Positions 39,101 to 52,654 are shown, counted from the first letter of the stretch. The stretch: 64,000 bases of DNA from Phoronis australis (GCA_002633005.1 NMRA01000143.1:563402-627401), one strand, 5' to 3'. The notes: generated from the letters alone by a model not told the origin. Translations and numbers: made by a program.

Positions 39101-42100
39101 GACACGTTTAACACAGAAGCAGCTGTAAAACATGTGCTGAAAAGTCTGGACTTCGCCACAGTAGGGACATTGGTCTGTTTGTAAAATACCAAATATTTTT
39201 AACATTTTGTTTGTATAAATTCTTTTGTGAATGAAAAAGTATTTAAACATTGTCAAATGAGGGTTTATGGGTAGATTGAAAGGGAGATTATATTTCAGCG
39301 TCTGTGTAATACTTGAGTAAAAACGCATAATTATTTGGTTTTACAGAAAACTTGTGAATAAATGTGTTTTTGATCCATGAATAGGAACTATTGAAGAATA
39401 AAAATCTAATGTTATTACAACTAACAATCCTTCTATCCGACACACTCAGAATTTTCTTCAAGGTCGTTGTAGTGGGAGAAAATGGTATGATAGACGTATC
39501 CTTTAAGTTAATGCTTTCCCATTTAAGAAGTTTGTTCTGGCTATCTAAAAAGTCTTCACAAAATATGAGGCCTGCATTGTACAGATCTTGGTAAAATAAA
39601 GATTTACCGTTTACAGTTAAGTTACAATTGTTCCATATCACTTGTTTGGCTATTGGTACTTCATTAAATATTTCAGGATTAAGAATATCCAAGGTTGTGA
39701 GAACATCTTTGTAAAAAGGGTTCTTAATATCGCATTTTAGGGTTTTCAGTTGAAAATTGGATGAAAAAATGAGGACACCGCCAATACGACTGAAAAGATG
39801 CCTCGAGTATATCTTCCAACTTGCCTCATCCTCTGTATTAAAACGCTTGACCCAATTAAATAATAAATTTAACTTGATCAGTTCCATGTTAGGATATTTC
39901 AAAACACCCTCTTGATATGGCGAAATAGTCACAGTTTCTTTAATTTTTGGTGTTTTATTTAACCAAATAAATTCTCTGACAAGCTTGTTAACTTCACGAA
40001 TTCTTTTTTTGGTGATACCCACAGTTGACACTATACATGTATGAATGAGTTTCGATAAACCAAAAGTTTTCGTAAGGAAGATTCTGCCTTTTATGGACAA
40101 ACTTCGTATTTCCAAATATTAAACAGGTCTTTAAGCTTTTGGATTTTACCATCAAAATTAAGTTTTTCAGTGTCATCCGCTTTTCCGCCAAAGAATACTC
40201 CTTGACTTTTAATGGGCTTTTGGGGCCAGCTGATTCCGTAAAGTGGTTTACGATTTCGGTGTATTGTTGAGGCAAACATCCCTTGGCATTTTTCATAATT
40301 CAAGTGGAGTCCAGATAATGTTCCAAAATAATCTAAAAATCTAAAACAGTTATTGCCAGATTCTGCGTCTTTAAAAAGAACTGGATCGTCTGTACACTGT
40401 GCAATTTTTATTTCGTGATTGGCTATTGTGAAGCCTCTAATTAATTCATTGCTTCTGATATAATGTGACATAATTTCCGCACACAGGACGAACAGCGGAC
40501 TTGATAGTGGGTCACCTTGTCGGAGGCCTTTCTCTATGTTAAAATACCGTGATGTAAATCCGTTGTTCAAGACACACGACGAAATTCCATAATGCAATGT
40601 ACGGATTCTATTGATAAAAACTTCACCAAAATTAAAAAGCTTTTAAGGACTGAAATAAAAACGCCCACTTTACATTATCGTACGCTTTCTTGAAATCGAG
40701 GAATACAATGTGACCGAGGGTGTGCTATTCTTAATAAAATTCAATTATATCGTCAATTACACGTGTATTCTGGCCCATATAACGTTTCGGCAAGGATGTT
40801 TGATCTGGATGAATTAACGTTAAATTTTTGTAAGCGGACAAATGATTTTTAAATTTCTGCCTTAAGTCCTAACATTTCCAAAATTAAGTCTTTCTAACAA
40901 ACGTTCACAACAAAGACAAAATTCTTCAACCCGTTTTGTAAATTCCTATATCACCTCTAAGGTACACAATGAACCAATCCTACTCGTAATGTAACAAAAG
41001 GATACTAAGAATTATCCTGAAATATTATGTGAAATGTCAAATCAGATCAAGTACTGTTTCACTTTTTATGAACTTCAGTTGCACTGCACGCAATCTTTTA
41101 TGAATTTACCGTAGTTGGTTGTAGACTGACCATTTTTATAAAAACTCGCAACGTAGACAAACGTCTACACAAATTGCACCCTATGCAGCTCCAGGTTTAA
41201 ACAAGGGCCTCTTTTTAAAGTTTGGTCAGGTATAAATAACGCCACAGACATTGAAGTTCACCGAAACACTTCTACCTTACAGATGTGACATTCCCTAGCC
41301 TCGGAAAACTTGAGAACCTGACAAAAATACCAATGATGAGATACCGGTGATGATAATCATTCCCGGCACTTTGTTTATTTACTTCAGCCACACCATTGGA
41401 AATAGCCGCTAAAATGAAACTCAGTCGAGTAAGCGCCACATGAGTCTTTATGCCAGCCCCAATATGGTAGAACCCAAGAAGCCCAAGTTGAGGTCAGATA
41501 AGGATGGGTATAAATAAGGAAACTTACTTATATTAACAGACTTACTAGCCAAATAGAAATAAGATACAAAGTATTGCTACAGTACACACGTGCACAACAA
41601 CTGGGTGTATCATTTTCCCGCCGCAAGTACTTGAACCAATCAGATCACCAATGGCGCAAACCTTTCGAAAACACGCTTGATTTTAGGGAGTCAGCTACTG
41701 CTTTTTATATTTTCAAAACTTTATTGTGTTACGTTTAACTTATTTTCTGTTCAACTCAATGAGGCCACTTAATATAAGTGCATTCAACACGATTAATGCA
41801 TTGTAAGAAACGCAGGTTATGCTCTATCAACATTAGACATAATCAGTATACCCTTAAAATTTAGAAACAACTGACACAATTTTCCACCACGTGTAACGTC
41901 GATTTTCGACATGGATGTTGGGGAAGAATATCGGTATGGCGACAGCAACACAGAATCGTACGAAGGCGATGATTTTCGAAATTTGATTCGTTTTGTTGTA
42001 TGTCACTTTTCCCTATGGTTCAGGATTGCTTGTGGATCCAGGAAAAAGAACTGAACGAGGCAGGGTTCGTGATCCCTTTGGTGAACGCGGTAACTAAGGT

Positions 42101-44460
42101 GTTACAACTGTCACGGATATTGTCATCTTTTCTGTTTACATCCAGCCTTCCCTGATGAAAACTTTAATGAAGAGGACCTTTAGTACTTGAGTGAGCATGG
42201 TATACTGTGTGATTTATGTTGAATTATTCAACGGTTCTTTTAAGAAACATTTCACGCTATACCTAAGGCTCATGCACAGTACACTTAACGGCCCTTTTAA
42301 GGGCCACCGCTTCCCAGAAGGACTGCTCACTTGAGAATGATGAATTATAAACATTCAAAGGTTAAACCAGCAAAATCGTTGCAGCGGCGCATTTTTTAAT
42401 TCGAACAAAATTAATATTTTTCTAAAACAAAGACGTTATATAAGTACTCTTTTGCATTCACAGGAACTCCTTGGAATTTGTGCACAAACATGCTTTCGTA
42501 GTTTTCACGGTAGGTCTATGTAAACCATAAATCACAAACTGTCCGATAACTACGCTGCTACTGGGCAAGCAGACGACATAATCAGTCGGCACCGAAGTTT
42601 GAATTTTGTAATTAATTACCAGTAGCATTTCCAAAAGTACTCACGATACCAACACTTCTACTAATGGAAGACTTTGAACAGCGTTTCAATGTCGAAATTA
42701 TTTTTTTTTCGTTGTGCTGGACAGTAAAGTAGATGAGAGAATTTCCCGTCAAAATACACTAACCGGAAACTGCACCAGATAATTTAGGAGAGTGGCGGCG
42801 CCTCTTGGCTAGCACGGAAGAAAATGTCGGAGTTGCGAATCTGTTGTCTATAATCTATGTTCACACCAAGTGTTGATTTTTGTGTTGATGGAGTGACGAC
42901 ACATGTTTTCACCGTTAGTGGAATATTATTGTAATACCTTCTATATGACGTGCAGTTCTCCCTAGCATTCAAAAAGTTGTTTCCGAAACAACAACCTCAT
43001 GTCCATCAGCAGTTTTCAGAAAAAGACAACTCATTCACGGGGCGCTCTTTCTGACATTTTTGAAATTAAAGTAGGTATTGATTTAAACTAAAATGGAAAA
43101 TATTGTTTGGAAGATGGATAATCAGATGAACTCGGACAATTTCACTAAAACCTTTTCTTCACATTTTAGAAATGATTATATTATGGCGGAGTGCATTTTT
43201 TCTGTACCGCAGAAGATTAAAATGTTTTGCATTCAATTTTCTTATTAATGAATCTTGGTCACCTTGGTATACTTTTTCACGCCACTAAATCCACAAGTGA
43301 TAGTTAAAACCGGTAACGGATTTGAACATGCCTGCGGTTTTTGCTCGCTCCTTTGGCACCTTAAGTTAAAGGCGTGGGAATTTCCTCCGAACATCACAAA
43401 ATTTTGTAGCAACATTTGCGCGTTCAAAATATCGGCTATGAACATGGAAAGTCGCTAAAAAGTCAAGGTTGCGCTCGTGTTTCGTTTATAGATTAACATC
43501 TAGAGAGGATGTGCGTGTTTCACCGGATTCTTGTGTCTTCAGATCCAACCCAAGAAACGGGTCATCCTAACGCACAAGACACCTTGTTTAAGCAAGTGTC
43601 ACTTGGTATATTGGGACAAAACCAAGTAAGAAAAACGAGACAAAAGTGTGTCCATCATGAGCGCTCTTTTGGGCCCCTTATTTACCTAGGAGAGTAGCAA
43701 AAAAATTCCCATAACCCAAGCTAAGTTTGAAGTCATTTTAACACCGGCAAATGGATTGAAAAACAATAAATAACTACGGGCTACATATATAAGCATTCCT
43801 CGTTTTTTGTGGGTTCGTAGCTGGAATTATTTCGGAGAGCCACAAGGCTATGATTGCAACACGGGTCCTGATTTTAGATTGGAGTCGTGAAATTGTCTTT
43901 CCGATACACTCTTAATAGCACATCACGCAGCCGTAGTTTAGCAATAACATAGTAAATTAGCAGTAAAGCGTATATTTTCCTACATTTTATTCTTGATGAA
44001 GTCAGATTATTTTTTTCAGAAACGGCCGCGGGACCGAAAGACAAAAGACTTAAGGCTAGACACATTTCATCTAGTATGGCCCCTGCATTGAATCAATGGT
44101 GACGACCGGGCGATTGCAAGTGATGGGGAAGGACAAACGGACAGAGTGACTGATTTAAGTGAAAGAGTGAAACAGGGGTACATCCTGCAGACTTCGACTC
44201 ATATCTTGGGCACCCAATCATGGTCAAGTCCACACAAGTAGAAGCTGCTTACTTTGAGGGAAAAAAAGTGTTGGTGGTGACGATTCTCATATCAGCACTC
44301 GTTGAAACAAACCGATCCCTAAGCCTCAACTTCAGAACGGGGATTGAAATGTCCGAATAGTGTGAGCAGCCCATCTCCACTGTTTCTCCTGCCTCTACAT
44401 AGTTCTTCTTGCCTGGAATCCGAGGCACGAGTAGTCTCAAGTTTCCATCACAGGCGGCGA
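24152..44460 (-). CDS. Immunoglobulin-superfamily protein with three Ig domains; exons 44253-44460, 35761-35879, 34461-34584, 33905-34005, 32433-32519, 25356-25508, 24152-24286; signal-peptide and anchor exons unresolved
   Basis: All junctions are AG/GT and phase-compatible. Ig1: VEAGETVEMGC...VRISPVTFSDAGTYEC. Ig2: AQVGC...RIDWFR...TLNISGIDF...GAFVC. Ig3 (I-set): GDPMEIRCKVYGYPLPQISW...TLVIQNLEGVDYGNYTCHVSNALG. Confidence 0.85.
26153..26370. other. Assembly gap (run of N)
   Basis: 218 consecutive N. Confidence 1.
29023..29250. mobile_element. MITE with CATGCACGCACCC / GGGTGCGCGCATG termini and a 5-bp TSD (CTTAA)
   Basis: cttaa on both flanks. The homologous empty site is visible at ~30395-30410 and a sister copy at 51921-52171. 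Confidence 0.75.
29256..29591. mobile_element. TTAA-flanked MITE
   Basis: TIR acggctgtaacgggcaaggtgagtg / cactcaccttgccctatgccagccgt with TTAA on both sides; a related partial copy starts at ~30407. Confidence 0.7.
30688..32019 (+). mobile_element. Non-autonomous Kolobok-type DNA transposon with ~310-bp TIRs and a THAP remnant
   Basis: TTAA TSD (30684-30687 and 32020-32023), AGG...CCT termini, long TIRs and an internal THAP domain. Confidence 0.8.
30953..31634 (+). pseudogene. Frameshifted THAP zinc-finger ORF (truncated transposase N-terminus)
   Basis: MPRCCCVPGC...RFPKDDTLRRTWL, then a frameshift near 31070, then YRVCAKHF...RLKEGTIPSL: a complete C2CH THAP signature plus AVP-like box. No DDE domain follows. 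Confidence 0.85.
35200..35637 (+). mobile_element. Penelope-like retroelement 3' fragment (GIY-YIG endonuclease)
   Basis: GVIYQLKC...TYIVGTKR...RFKDH...TAVGEH...GHTI...RKLKEAINI...LNRDRG is the typical PLE GIY-YIG C-terminus; no RT is present. Confidence 0.85.
36087..36633. mobile_element. Mutator-like foldback MITE with a 9-bp TSD
   Basis: Almost wholly palindromic (tagacagtgaccaccgtctc... / ...gagacggtggtcactgtcta); TGAATAAGG at 36078-36086 and 36634-36642. Confidence 0.85.
37811..37880 (+). pseudogene. Possible degenerate THAP N-terminus
   Basis: MVGVAGCSATQSKCKGVSFHS resembles the CxVxGC...GVSFHxFP start of THAP domains but is incomplete. Confidence 0.3.
38560..40820 (-). mobile_element. 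5'-truncated, frameshifted L1/Tx1-clade non-LTR retrotransposon (RT plus zinc-binding domain)
   Basis: GLRQGDPLSSPLFVLCAE, a degenerate YADD motif (QCTDD), SGLHLNYEKC, LSIKGRIFLTKT and CPYCGEVQTFQHMFYSC are spread over three frames. Confidence 0.92.
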
Positions 44461-45809
44461 CTGTGGAAAGAGGCAACATGTGCACTACTCGAGTTACGTG
44501 GAACTACTACTCACAACACAGGCACTACGTCAGCATAAATATTGATTGGTGTGCCAAAAAATTGTAAGATTAAACGAGCTAAAATTTCAACAGGTTTACG
44601 CGTACAGAAATACAAAAGGTTGTTGAACAGTTGTTAACTGAGATAGATGACGTGTCAATTAAGCCCCTAGATATATTGAACAAGTCATTTTAATAAAAGT
44701 CAAAATAACCATTTAAATGGTTATTTTAACTTTTATACTTACACCTTAATTCAATTATTAAATTGACATTTCGTTGTTTCGATCTCATGCTAACGACATG
44801 CTTTAACTACCGACTCGATTTTTGTTATCCTTTTCTTACTTGGTTTCGTATCAGTCTCCCGGCACATGATGTGTACAGACTATGTTAATAACAATGAACT
44901 GTGACCTACTTTTAAGTAGGCCAAATAACCGTACAGTTGGTCTTACCTCGTGACTGAGGAACCACGTTAAAATGATAATTAAGTTGATTACGCACTGCAA
45001 ATTCAGTTGACATTGCCAGTGAATGTCGAAATAGCTAACAGGGTAAATGCATGTATAGGTTATATTTACCGAAAACCAGTTTTCACCGAGTAATTAACCG
45101 AAGACTTTGAGATTTTCACTCGTCCAAGTTTAATCGGCTTTTTCTTGGCTTCAGAAAATCGACTTCATTTGAAATGAGGAATTCGAGTTCTTGAAAACGA
45201 CTCGGTGGAATTCGTTGAAACTGTCGAGACTCAATATTTATTCATCAATCTCAAAAACGCACTTAGGATTTTTGATAAAAAACCAAGTTTTTGCTTAATG
45301 TAGCAAAGAAGAATACGACTTCTATTTCTTACAAAAATTCCTTAGGTTTTGGATTTGATTTTTTTTAGAAATCAAACGAAAGGACTAATGGAAAATTCCT
45401 AACAGCGTTTTTTAGATAACTGGTGAAGTTTTCATTTAAAATCGGCCAAGGGGTTATTTTGCTATGAATGTACCTTTCTTAAAAATGAAATTTTGACTTA
45501 AAAAGGTGCTAACGTAATGATAATACCCGTACATAAACACAAAACATATTTTGATATTCCCTGACAAGTCTTAGTTTTTTTAGATATACGAGTTAAAATG
45601 GAGGCCACTAAATAATGTTTGAGATAACCTTATAGACAAACAATCTATGTATTTGGTAAAGAATGTGATGCGAACCTATAAAAGCAATGTATAATAAACG
45701 GTCAAGTCAATTCCGATAAGATCCCGGATGCCGATCTCCTTTTCTGTTTCTGGTAACCCAGTTATTGGAAATTAGTAGCGAACTGTTCTCATTCTCCAGC
45801 TATTTCAGA

Positions 45810-46820
45810 ATTTTAAGAGCCAAGGTGGTAAATTACTCGTCGATGAAATTGAAAAGTTAGAAAAAATGAAGTTATCGACCAAAACAGAAAAAGTTCACAA
45901 CTTTTAACATTACCAAAAAGAAAGTGCAAGGTCTTCTGGTAAGAACCACGGTCAAACAGATTGGGGAGGCGGAAATTCCATCTGAATATGTTCTTCATCC
46001 AAAAAATTGAAAATTGTCCTGTTAGGTAGGCACAGAGCCTTTCTATTGAAGGCAAATAACACTAAGACAAAAATAAGAATGAATTATTCATGAAATCAGG
46101 ATATTTTAGGATAAGTTGTACCAGGTTACGTGTTATGAAGTAGTCGGGTTTGACGTACTTGTGAAGGATGTTAAATATTTGAAGCCTTCCCAAATTGAAA
46201 AAGTATTTGGAAGGACCTCTGACGTACGACGAAATAACTAATTGTTGACAAAAATGAAAAATAACGAGAGCCCTGGCTCGTATGACTTTGCATTTTAGAT
46301 TCAAAAATACTATTGAACAGGTGTTGGTATTTTGTAGGACACTCTTTTAGTACAATTTTTGGTATCGGACAATTATCATGTAAATAAGGGGTTATTACTA
46401 AAAGGAGTGATAGAAACAAACATTATCTGAAGACCTAACTACCCATGTATTAACCTTTAAGGTTACTTACAAGTTAGCATCAGCAGAAGTTGCACTAGAT
46501 GAATGGATTGAAAGCACTAGGTGAATGGAATAAATTCCCGAGTTACAAACAATGGCTAACCATCACGCTTGTTTGACATTCGACGTGGAGTTGAACAAGA
46601 TAACCTTTTCGTCTCCCTGTTTAATTATTATTTGTGCTGAGACAATAGCTCTCATGCTCAGACATGATAGCAATATAAAGGGTATTAAAATTGATGGCAA
46701 CGGATTTTGTATATCTCAGTATGCAAACGGTTCTGAATTTTCAATAAGGTCTGGATTAAAAATAGTTTGCCGATTCCTCTGACCTTCATATCAATATCGA
46801 AAAAGCAAAAGCTTTGGTTT
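45810..46820. mobile_element. Old L1-like fragments (minus strand ~45810-46430; plus-strand RT remnant ~46590-46800)
   Basis: SPCLIIICAETIALMLRHDSNIKGIKIDG...ISQYANG parallels the RT segment of the 38.6-40.8 kb element; the minus-strand part is more degraded. Confidence 0.6.
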
Positions 46821-49102
46821 GTTCGAGAAATTATTTTCTTCTTAAGTAGTGGTGCCATCTTATGCGTCGGCTTTTAACGCCATGAAATAGAACGTCACCT
46901 ATTGGCTAGTTTTTTGCCGATTCTTCAATCAGCTGTCATGTTCATCTTCCACAAGGTTGCGTACATGTCAAAACAAATTATCGGAGTTGGTTTGACTTCG
47001 TTATACGTTTTTAACACCAAACGAATTTCTGAGAAAAATTTTCGTCTCCAGTTCCCGAACGATGTCACAAAAATCATCAAATGGCGCGTCTGCGTCGTGT
47101 CGGTCACAGGCGTGTTGTTAGTTCGCTACCGACTGTATATACTGTATAATGACCGAAAGCGACAAAGTATTCTCACAATACCTTTTATACAAAGCGACAG
47201 ACAGAAACCGACTATCAAACTTGACGTTTTCATGAAGACGTAGTTTGCTGGATATCGCTAGCTTGACGCGTGCACCCAGTTAAAACGTTTTAACGTCGTC
47301 GTGTGAATGCAAAGTGTTGAAGTTAGCGGGGACGATTAACACCTCACACACGAGAATGAATTTGTGCTATCTTTTTACTCTGAAAAAATGACAGCGCTAA
47401 CGTACACGTGTCTTCTGTTATCGCATCACGTAAACACGTGCGGTTAATAAGATTTCGTGCTACGATCAGCAGCTGTCGTTCAACTCCGTTAAAACATTTG
47501 AGCAATATCAAGTTTTTCGTGTGAACAGAACGCATTTTTAAGCTGAACCGTTTGTTAGATCGTTTTAGCTAAAAGCGAAAAGTAAGCCCGCGTGAGTTCA
47601 GCCATAGATCGTCCGCATCACTGAGTCAATACATTCAAGCTATGTCCAATTGAATAAACTTTGTGTGTATAAAATTGTGTCCAGCAAGCAATTAGCGGAA
47701 AAGGTTTATCACTGGTCAATAGATAGCGCAGCCATTCCCCAGGGGCTGAGGTCTAATCTATTTTTTAGCATTTTTCTATTCTTTTTGTGTAAATACGTGT
47801 CTATTATTCTACGCTGAAGTAAATTATGGTATACAGTTCACACGTCATGATCTCTAGATTTGAGCAACAAACTCGAGTAAAAACCCGATATTTCTGAAGT
47901 AGGAACCCGAATTCCGACTGGAAATTATAATGTTAACATGCACACTCCCATGGAGGCTCGGGGCGAAGTGGGCAAAAAGGTCCGCCTCAGAGAAACAAAA
48001 AGTCCGTAAAAGTAGAATAAGAGACAAAAGTCCATTAAAAAGGCAACAATTTGGCGAATGCACAATTCGTAGCTCTGAACGTAAACCACAGCGTACTTGG
48101 GCACAGAATAGTAGACAGTGTCTGAATTCGTACAAAAATAAAACGGAAATGCCAAATTCGAGTTCGATTTTGTTATTTTGAGTACAAAGATCTTCAAAAG
48201 GCATCTTGGTATTTGAAAAGAATACAGGTGCTCAAGCGTACCCATCCAATCTACAGGCGATTCCCAACGAGCCTCGTTGTGGTGAATGATTGACAGTAGT
48301 CGGCATTTTCAGCCACTGCAGGAGGTCTTGTGGGCAAACTGAACCGTTTTTCTCAGAGCTCCTGTCAAGCACGTTGGTGTTGTTGAAAATTCATGGGATT
48401 CAGCAGCAGTAGCTGATTTGTGCCTCTTTTTCCACGAGACGCGATAAGTAATCTGCAGCCGACACTGACAAGCGCAAAATTGGATGACGTAATTGGAACG
48501 CGCGCACTGGCTAGTATAAAACATAGTTATCGGAGATTTGTTAAAATGGCACACCGCGTTGTGTCCAGGGAAAAAACATTCATTTAGCCAATGGTAGTCG
48601 TATCAACTAATTGGGCTAGTAAACTTGTTAATTCTTTTCCACGCACTATCATGTATTATTGTTCGCAAAAGGGAACAAGTGCATGAAAGCAACGTACCTT
48701 TTCGTTCCATTTTGATGCCATTCAGGGGCGGATCTACGTTTTCAGTAAGGGGGGGATTTAGGATTCCCGCAAAGGTCGAATCCGAGGCACGTGGCGCCGA
48801 GAGGGGGGAGGTCGGGAGGGGGGTTTCCCCCCTCCGTGTAAGACCATTTTTTATTTTTTGTAGCCAAATAGTGAAATTTCCATGCATCCTGGTAAGTTTC
48901 TGGCACTAATAACATGTCTCTTGAGTTTTTCTTAAGATAATTTAAAACCCTTCTCGATTTCGTCGCATGAACGTGGCTCACAAGTTTCGTGAAACCATAT
49001 TTGTGCACATCTGGGTATGAATCACGCCACCAGCAAAAATTTTTGTTGGAACATCTGCTTATACACACCTTTTTAGCATACGAAAAGTCGTATATGAAAA
49101 AN

Positions 49103-50810
49103 ACGTTTTTAACACCAAACGAATTTCTGAGAAAAATTTTCGTCACCAATTCCCGAACGATGTCACAAAAATCATCAAATGGCGCGTCTGCGTCGTGTCG
49201 GTCACAGGCGTGTTGTTAGCTCGCTACCGACTGTATACTGTAATGACCGAAAGCGACAAAATATTCTCACAATACCTTTTATACAAAGCCACAGACAGAA
49301 ACCGACTATCAAACTTGACGTTTTCATGAAGACGTAGTTTGCTGGATATCGCTAGCTTGACGCGTGCACCCAGTTAACACGTTTTAACGTCGTCGTGTGA
49401 ATGCAAAGTGTTGTATAGTTGGCGGGGACGATTAACACCTCACACACGAGAATGAATTTGTGCTATCTTTTTACTCTGAAAAAATGACAGCACTAACGTA
49501 CACGTGTCTTCTGTCGCATCACGTGAACACGTGCGGTTAATAAGATTTCGTGTTACGATCAGCAGCTGTCGTACAACTCCGTTCAAATATTTTAGCAATA
49601 TCAAGTTTTTCGTGTGAACAGAACGCATTTTAAGCAGAACCGTTTGTTAGATCGTTTTAGCTAAAAGCCAAAATTAAGCCCGCGTGAGTTCAGCCATAGA
49701 TCGTCCGCATCACTGAGTCAATACATTCAAGCTATGTCAAATTGAATAAACTTTGTGTGTATAAAATTGTGTCCAGCAAGCAATTAGCGGAAAAGGTTTA
49801 TCACTGGTCAATATATAGCGCAGCCATTCCCCAGGGGCTGAGGTCTAATCTATTTTTTAGCATTTTTCTTTTTTTGTGTAAATACGTGTCTATTATTCTA
49901 CGCTCAAGTAAATTATGGTATACAGTTCACACTTCATGATTTCTAGATTTGAGCAACAAACTCGAGTAAAAACCTGATATTTCAAGTAAGAACCCGAATT
50001 CCGACTGGAAATTATAATGTTAACGTGCACACTCCCATGGAGGCTCGGGGCGAAGTGGGCAAAAAGGTCCGCTTCAGAGAAACAAAAAGTCCGTAAAAGT
50101 AGAATAAGCGACAAAAGTCCATTAAAAAGGCAGGAATTTGGCGAATGCACAATTCGTAGCTCTGAACGTAAACCACAGCGTACTTGGGCACAGAAAAGTA
50201 GACACTGTCTGAATTCGTACAAAAATAAAACGGAAATGCCAAATTCGAGTTCGATTTTGTTATTTTGAGTACAAAGATCTGCAAAAAGCATCTTGGTATT
50301 TGAAAAGAATACAGGTGCTCAAGCGTACCCATCCAATATACAGGCCATTCCCAACGAGCCTCGTTGTGGTGAATGATTGACAGTAGTCGGCATTTTCAGT
50401 CACTGCAGGAGGTCTTGTGGGCAAACAGAACCGTTTTTCTCAGAGCTCCTGTCAAGCACATTGGTGTTGTTGAAAATTCATGGGATTCAGCAGCAGTAGC
50501 TGATTTGTGCCTCTTTTTCCACGAGACGCGATAAGTAATCTGCAGCCGACACTGACAAGCGCAAAATTGGATGACGTAATTCGAACGCGCGCACTGGCTA
50601 GTATAAAACATAGTTATCGGATATTTGTTAAAATGGCACACCGCGTTGTGTCCAGGGAAAAAACATTGATTTAGCCAATGGTAGTCGTATCAACTAATTG
50701 GGCTAGTAAACTTGTTAATTCTTTTCCACGCCCTATCATGTATTATTGTTCGCAAAAGGGTACAAGTGCATGAAAGCAACGTACCTTTTCGTTCCATTTT
50801 GATGCCATTC
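49103..50810 (+). repeat. Near-identical duplicate of ~47004-48723
   Basis: Colinear with few SNPs and starts right after the single N at 49102. The first copy ends in an insertion (ggggcggatct...) that is absent at 50810. Confidence 0.9.
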
Positions 50811-51920
50811 GACAGATATACATGTATTGTGACTGTAGATTTGACAGAGTTAACATTAACTGCACTTGACTGACTTGGTCCATTCTGCCGGCTAACTAAG
50901 GCATATATGATATGTCTGTAAGCCGGAAGTCGTCATAGAGAACTAATATTTTTGCCCGGGTTGCCCTGGTGTATCATCAAATTTTGACTCCCGTGGAAAA
51001 ATGACGGGGTTCATATTTTCAACGTTTTCAACAGAAAAATGACCTTTTTTAACGTTAAAATTAACCCGGCCAGTTTAATAACGACCCTCGTAACAGTCGG
51101 CGTTTTGTTTAGTTAGCACCTCTTTCACCCCCGGTTAACCCTCTATTCATTTATTGTATCCAACGTTAGTGGCGTCCAATTACCCGGATGGCCCTCATTC
51201 ACCCATTGTGAGAACTCTTCAGATGTGGGGCCCTCTGACAGTAAGTACCACAATAAATCCACCCCTGTTTCTATCTGTACCGCGTAGGCATAATGCGACC
51301 AATTTTCATAACTGAGCATAGAATTCTAGCCCTGGAACTTTGATACCAACTCCCGCACGTGACCAATGTTTTCTATTATTAGAGCTTGCGACCCCGATAC
51401 TAACCGCCAAAGTTTGCACTGTAAATTTCCGGCAGTCTGCTCGACTAAGTTTTGAGCGAGTATAAGATGTCTAAGGTTGTAATTATCAAATCAAGCCTAA
51501 TTTCATCGCTTCATTTTCATTTTGGCATTTTTGTTCATCAAGCGAGACTCTTGAGATATGCTTATAGACACCCAGCGATTTTCGGCAAAATTAATCAATA
51601 AATGAGACATTCAAGGGCGGATCCAGGATTTTGAGTTGGGGGCCGGGGGGCAGGGCACAGGAATAAGCAAAATTTCGCCTTAAGCGCGCGCCAAGCTTAA
51701 AATGTGGGGATGTAGGGGGTCTCGAATTTTTGGGTTTGTAGACCTTATCACTAAAAAATTCAAGGCCTATGCATTGTGCATTCGCCCCCNCCTCCAGTCT
51801 TAAAACCGTATTTTTTGTTAAAACACCTATCAAACTACATGCAGGGAGTGTTACAATCACGTTACAGTATTTTACGGAAGTGACTTTTGGTTTTTTAGTG
51901 TTTGTTCTGCAATTATAAAA

Positions 51921-52171
51921 CATGCACGCACCCAGCCTACAATATGGGGGGCTCGAATTCTCGAGGTTGCTAAGAAAAGGGCGGGCGGACTAAGTAAAAA
52001 AAAAAAAATAAAAACAAAACGGGAGTACCGCTGTCTGAATTGCACCTTTGCGCATATTTAGTGGTCTCTTGTCCCATTTTCTATAACTTTTTGTCTCTCG
52101 GGGGGCGGACTTTTTTGTCCACTTCTCCAAATGGGGGGCTCGTTCGAGCCCCCCCCCCAGGTGCGCGCATG
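51921..52171. mobile_element. MITE of the same family as 29023-29250 (opposite orientation)
   Basis: catgcacgcaccc ... ggtgcgcgcatg termini. Confidence 0.7.
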
Positions 52172-52654
52172 ATAAATTACAAGAGTAGGCCCTACTAACA
52201 GTTGTGTTTACGTAAATTCTGAAAAACCACTCGAGGACGGGGGAGCGGCTTCTGTAGATGCAGGTGTTGTATTGTGAGCTCTCCAGACTTTGTCTAATTT
52301 CTGTTTAAAATTGACTTTTTGTGGCGTTGAAATCTGGTAAGGAAGTGAAGTTAATGCCCAAGAAAGTTGCTGAGCAGTGAAGTTATAAGTGTATTGGAAA
52401 ACTAACTGGGCAAAGATATACTGCTTTACCCTAGTCCTGTTCCTCACTCTACAGTCAGCTTCATACACAGCCTGTGTCAGCATTTTGCTTGAGTGACACG
52501 CCCTCCTGTGGTGGTACCCGTAGAACACCAAGCCCACTATGGTCAACTGAAAGACTGCAAAGCCTGTTGACAATAGATTTAAATAAGGTCATGCGGTGCG
52601 TAGCCGTGGATCCTAGACAGGTAGAGGGAAAGTTAGAAAGACTTGGGGAAAAAT

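Noticed and set aside
42645-42716. Extra Ig-gene exon (AG/GT-bounded, minus strand)
   Set aside because: It is not open in the phase-2 frame needed between 44253 and 35879, which already join in frame.
44947-45013. Signal-peptide exon of the Ig gene
   Set aside because: It has a good GTAAGA donor, but the hydrophobic frame is phase 0 with no ATG and the ATG frame is not hydrophobic; left unresolved.
47854-50641. Paired ORFs (e.g. 47854-48204 and 49893-50291) as duplicated genes
   Set aside because: They overlap interspersed repeat sequence in the probable haplotype duplication and show no recognisable domain.
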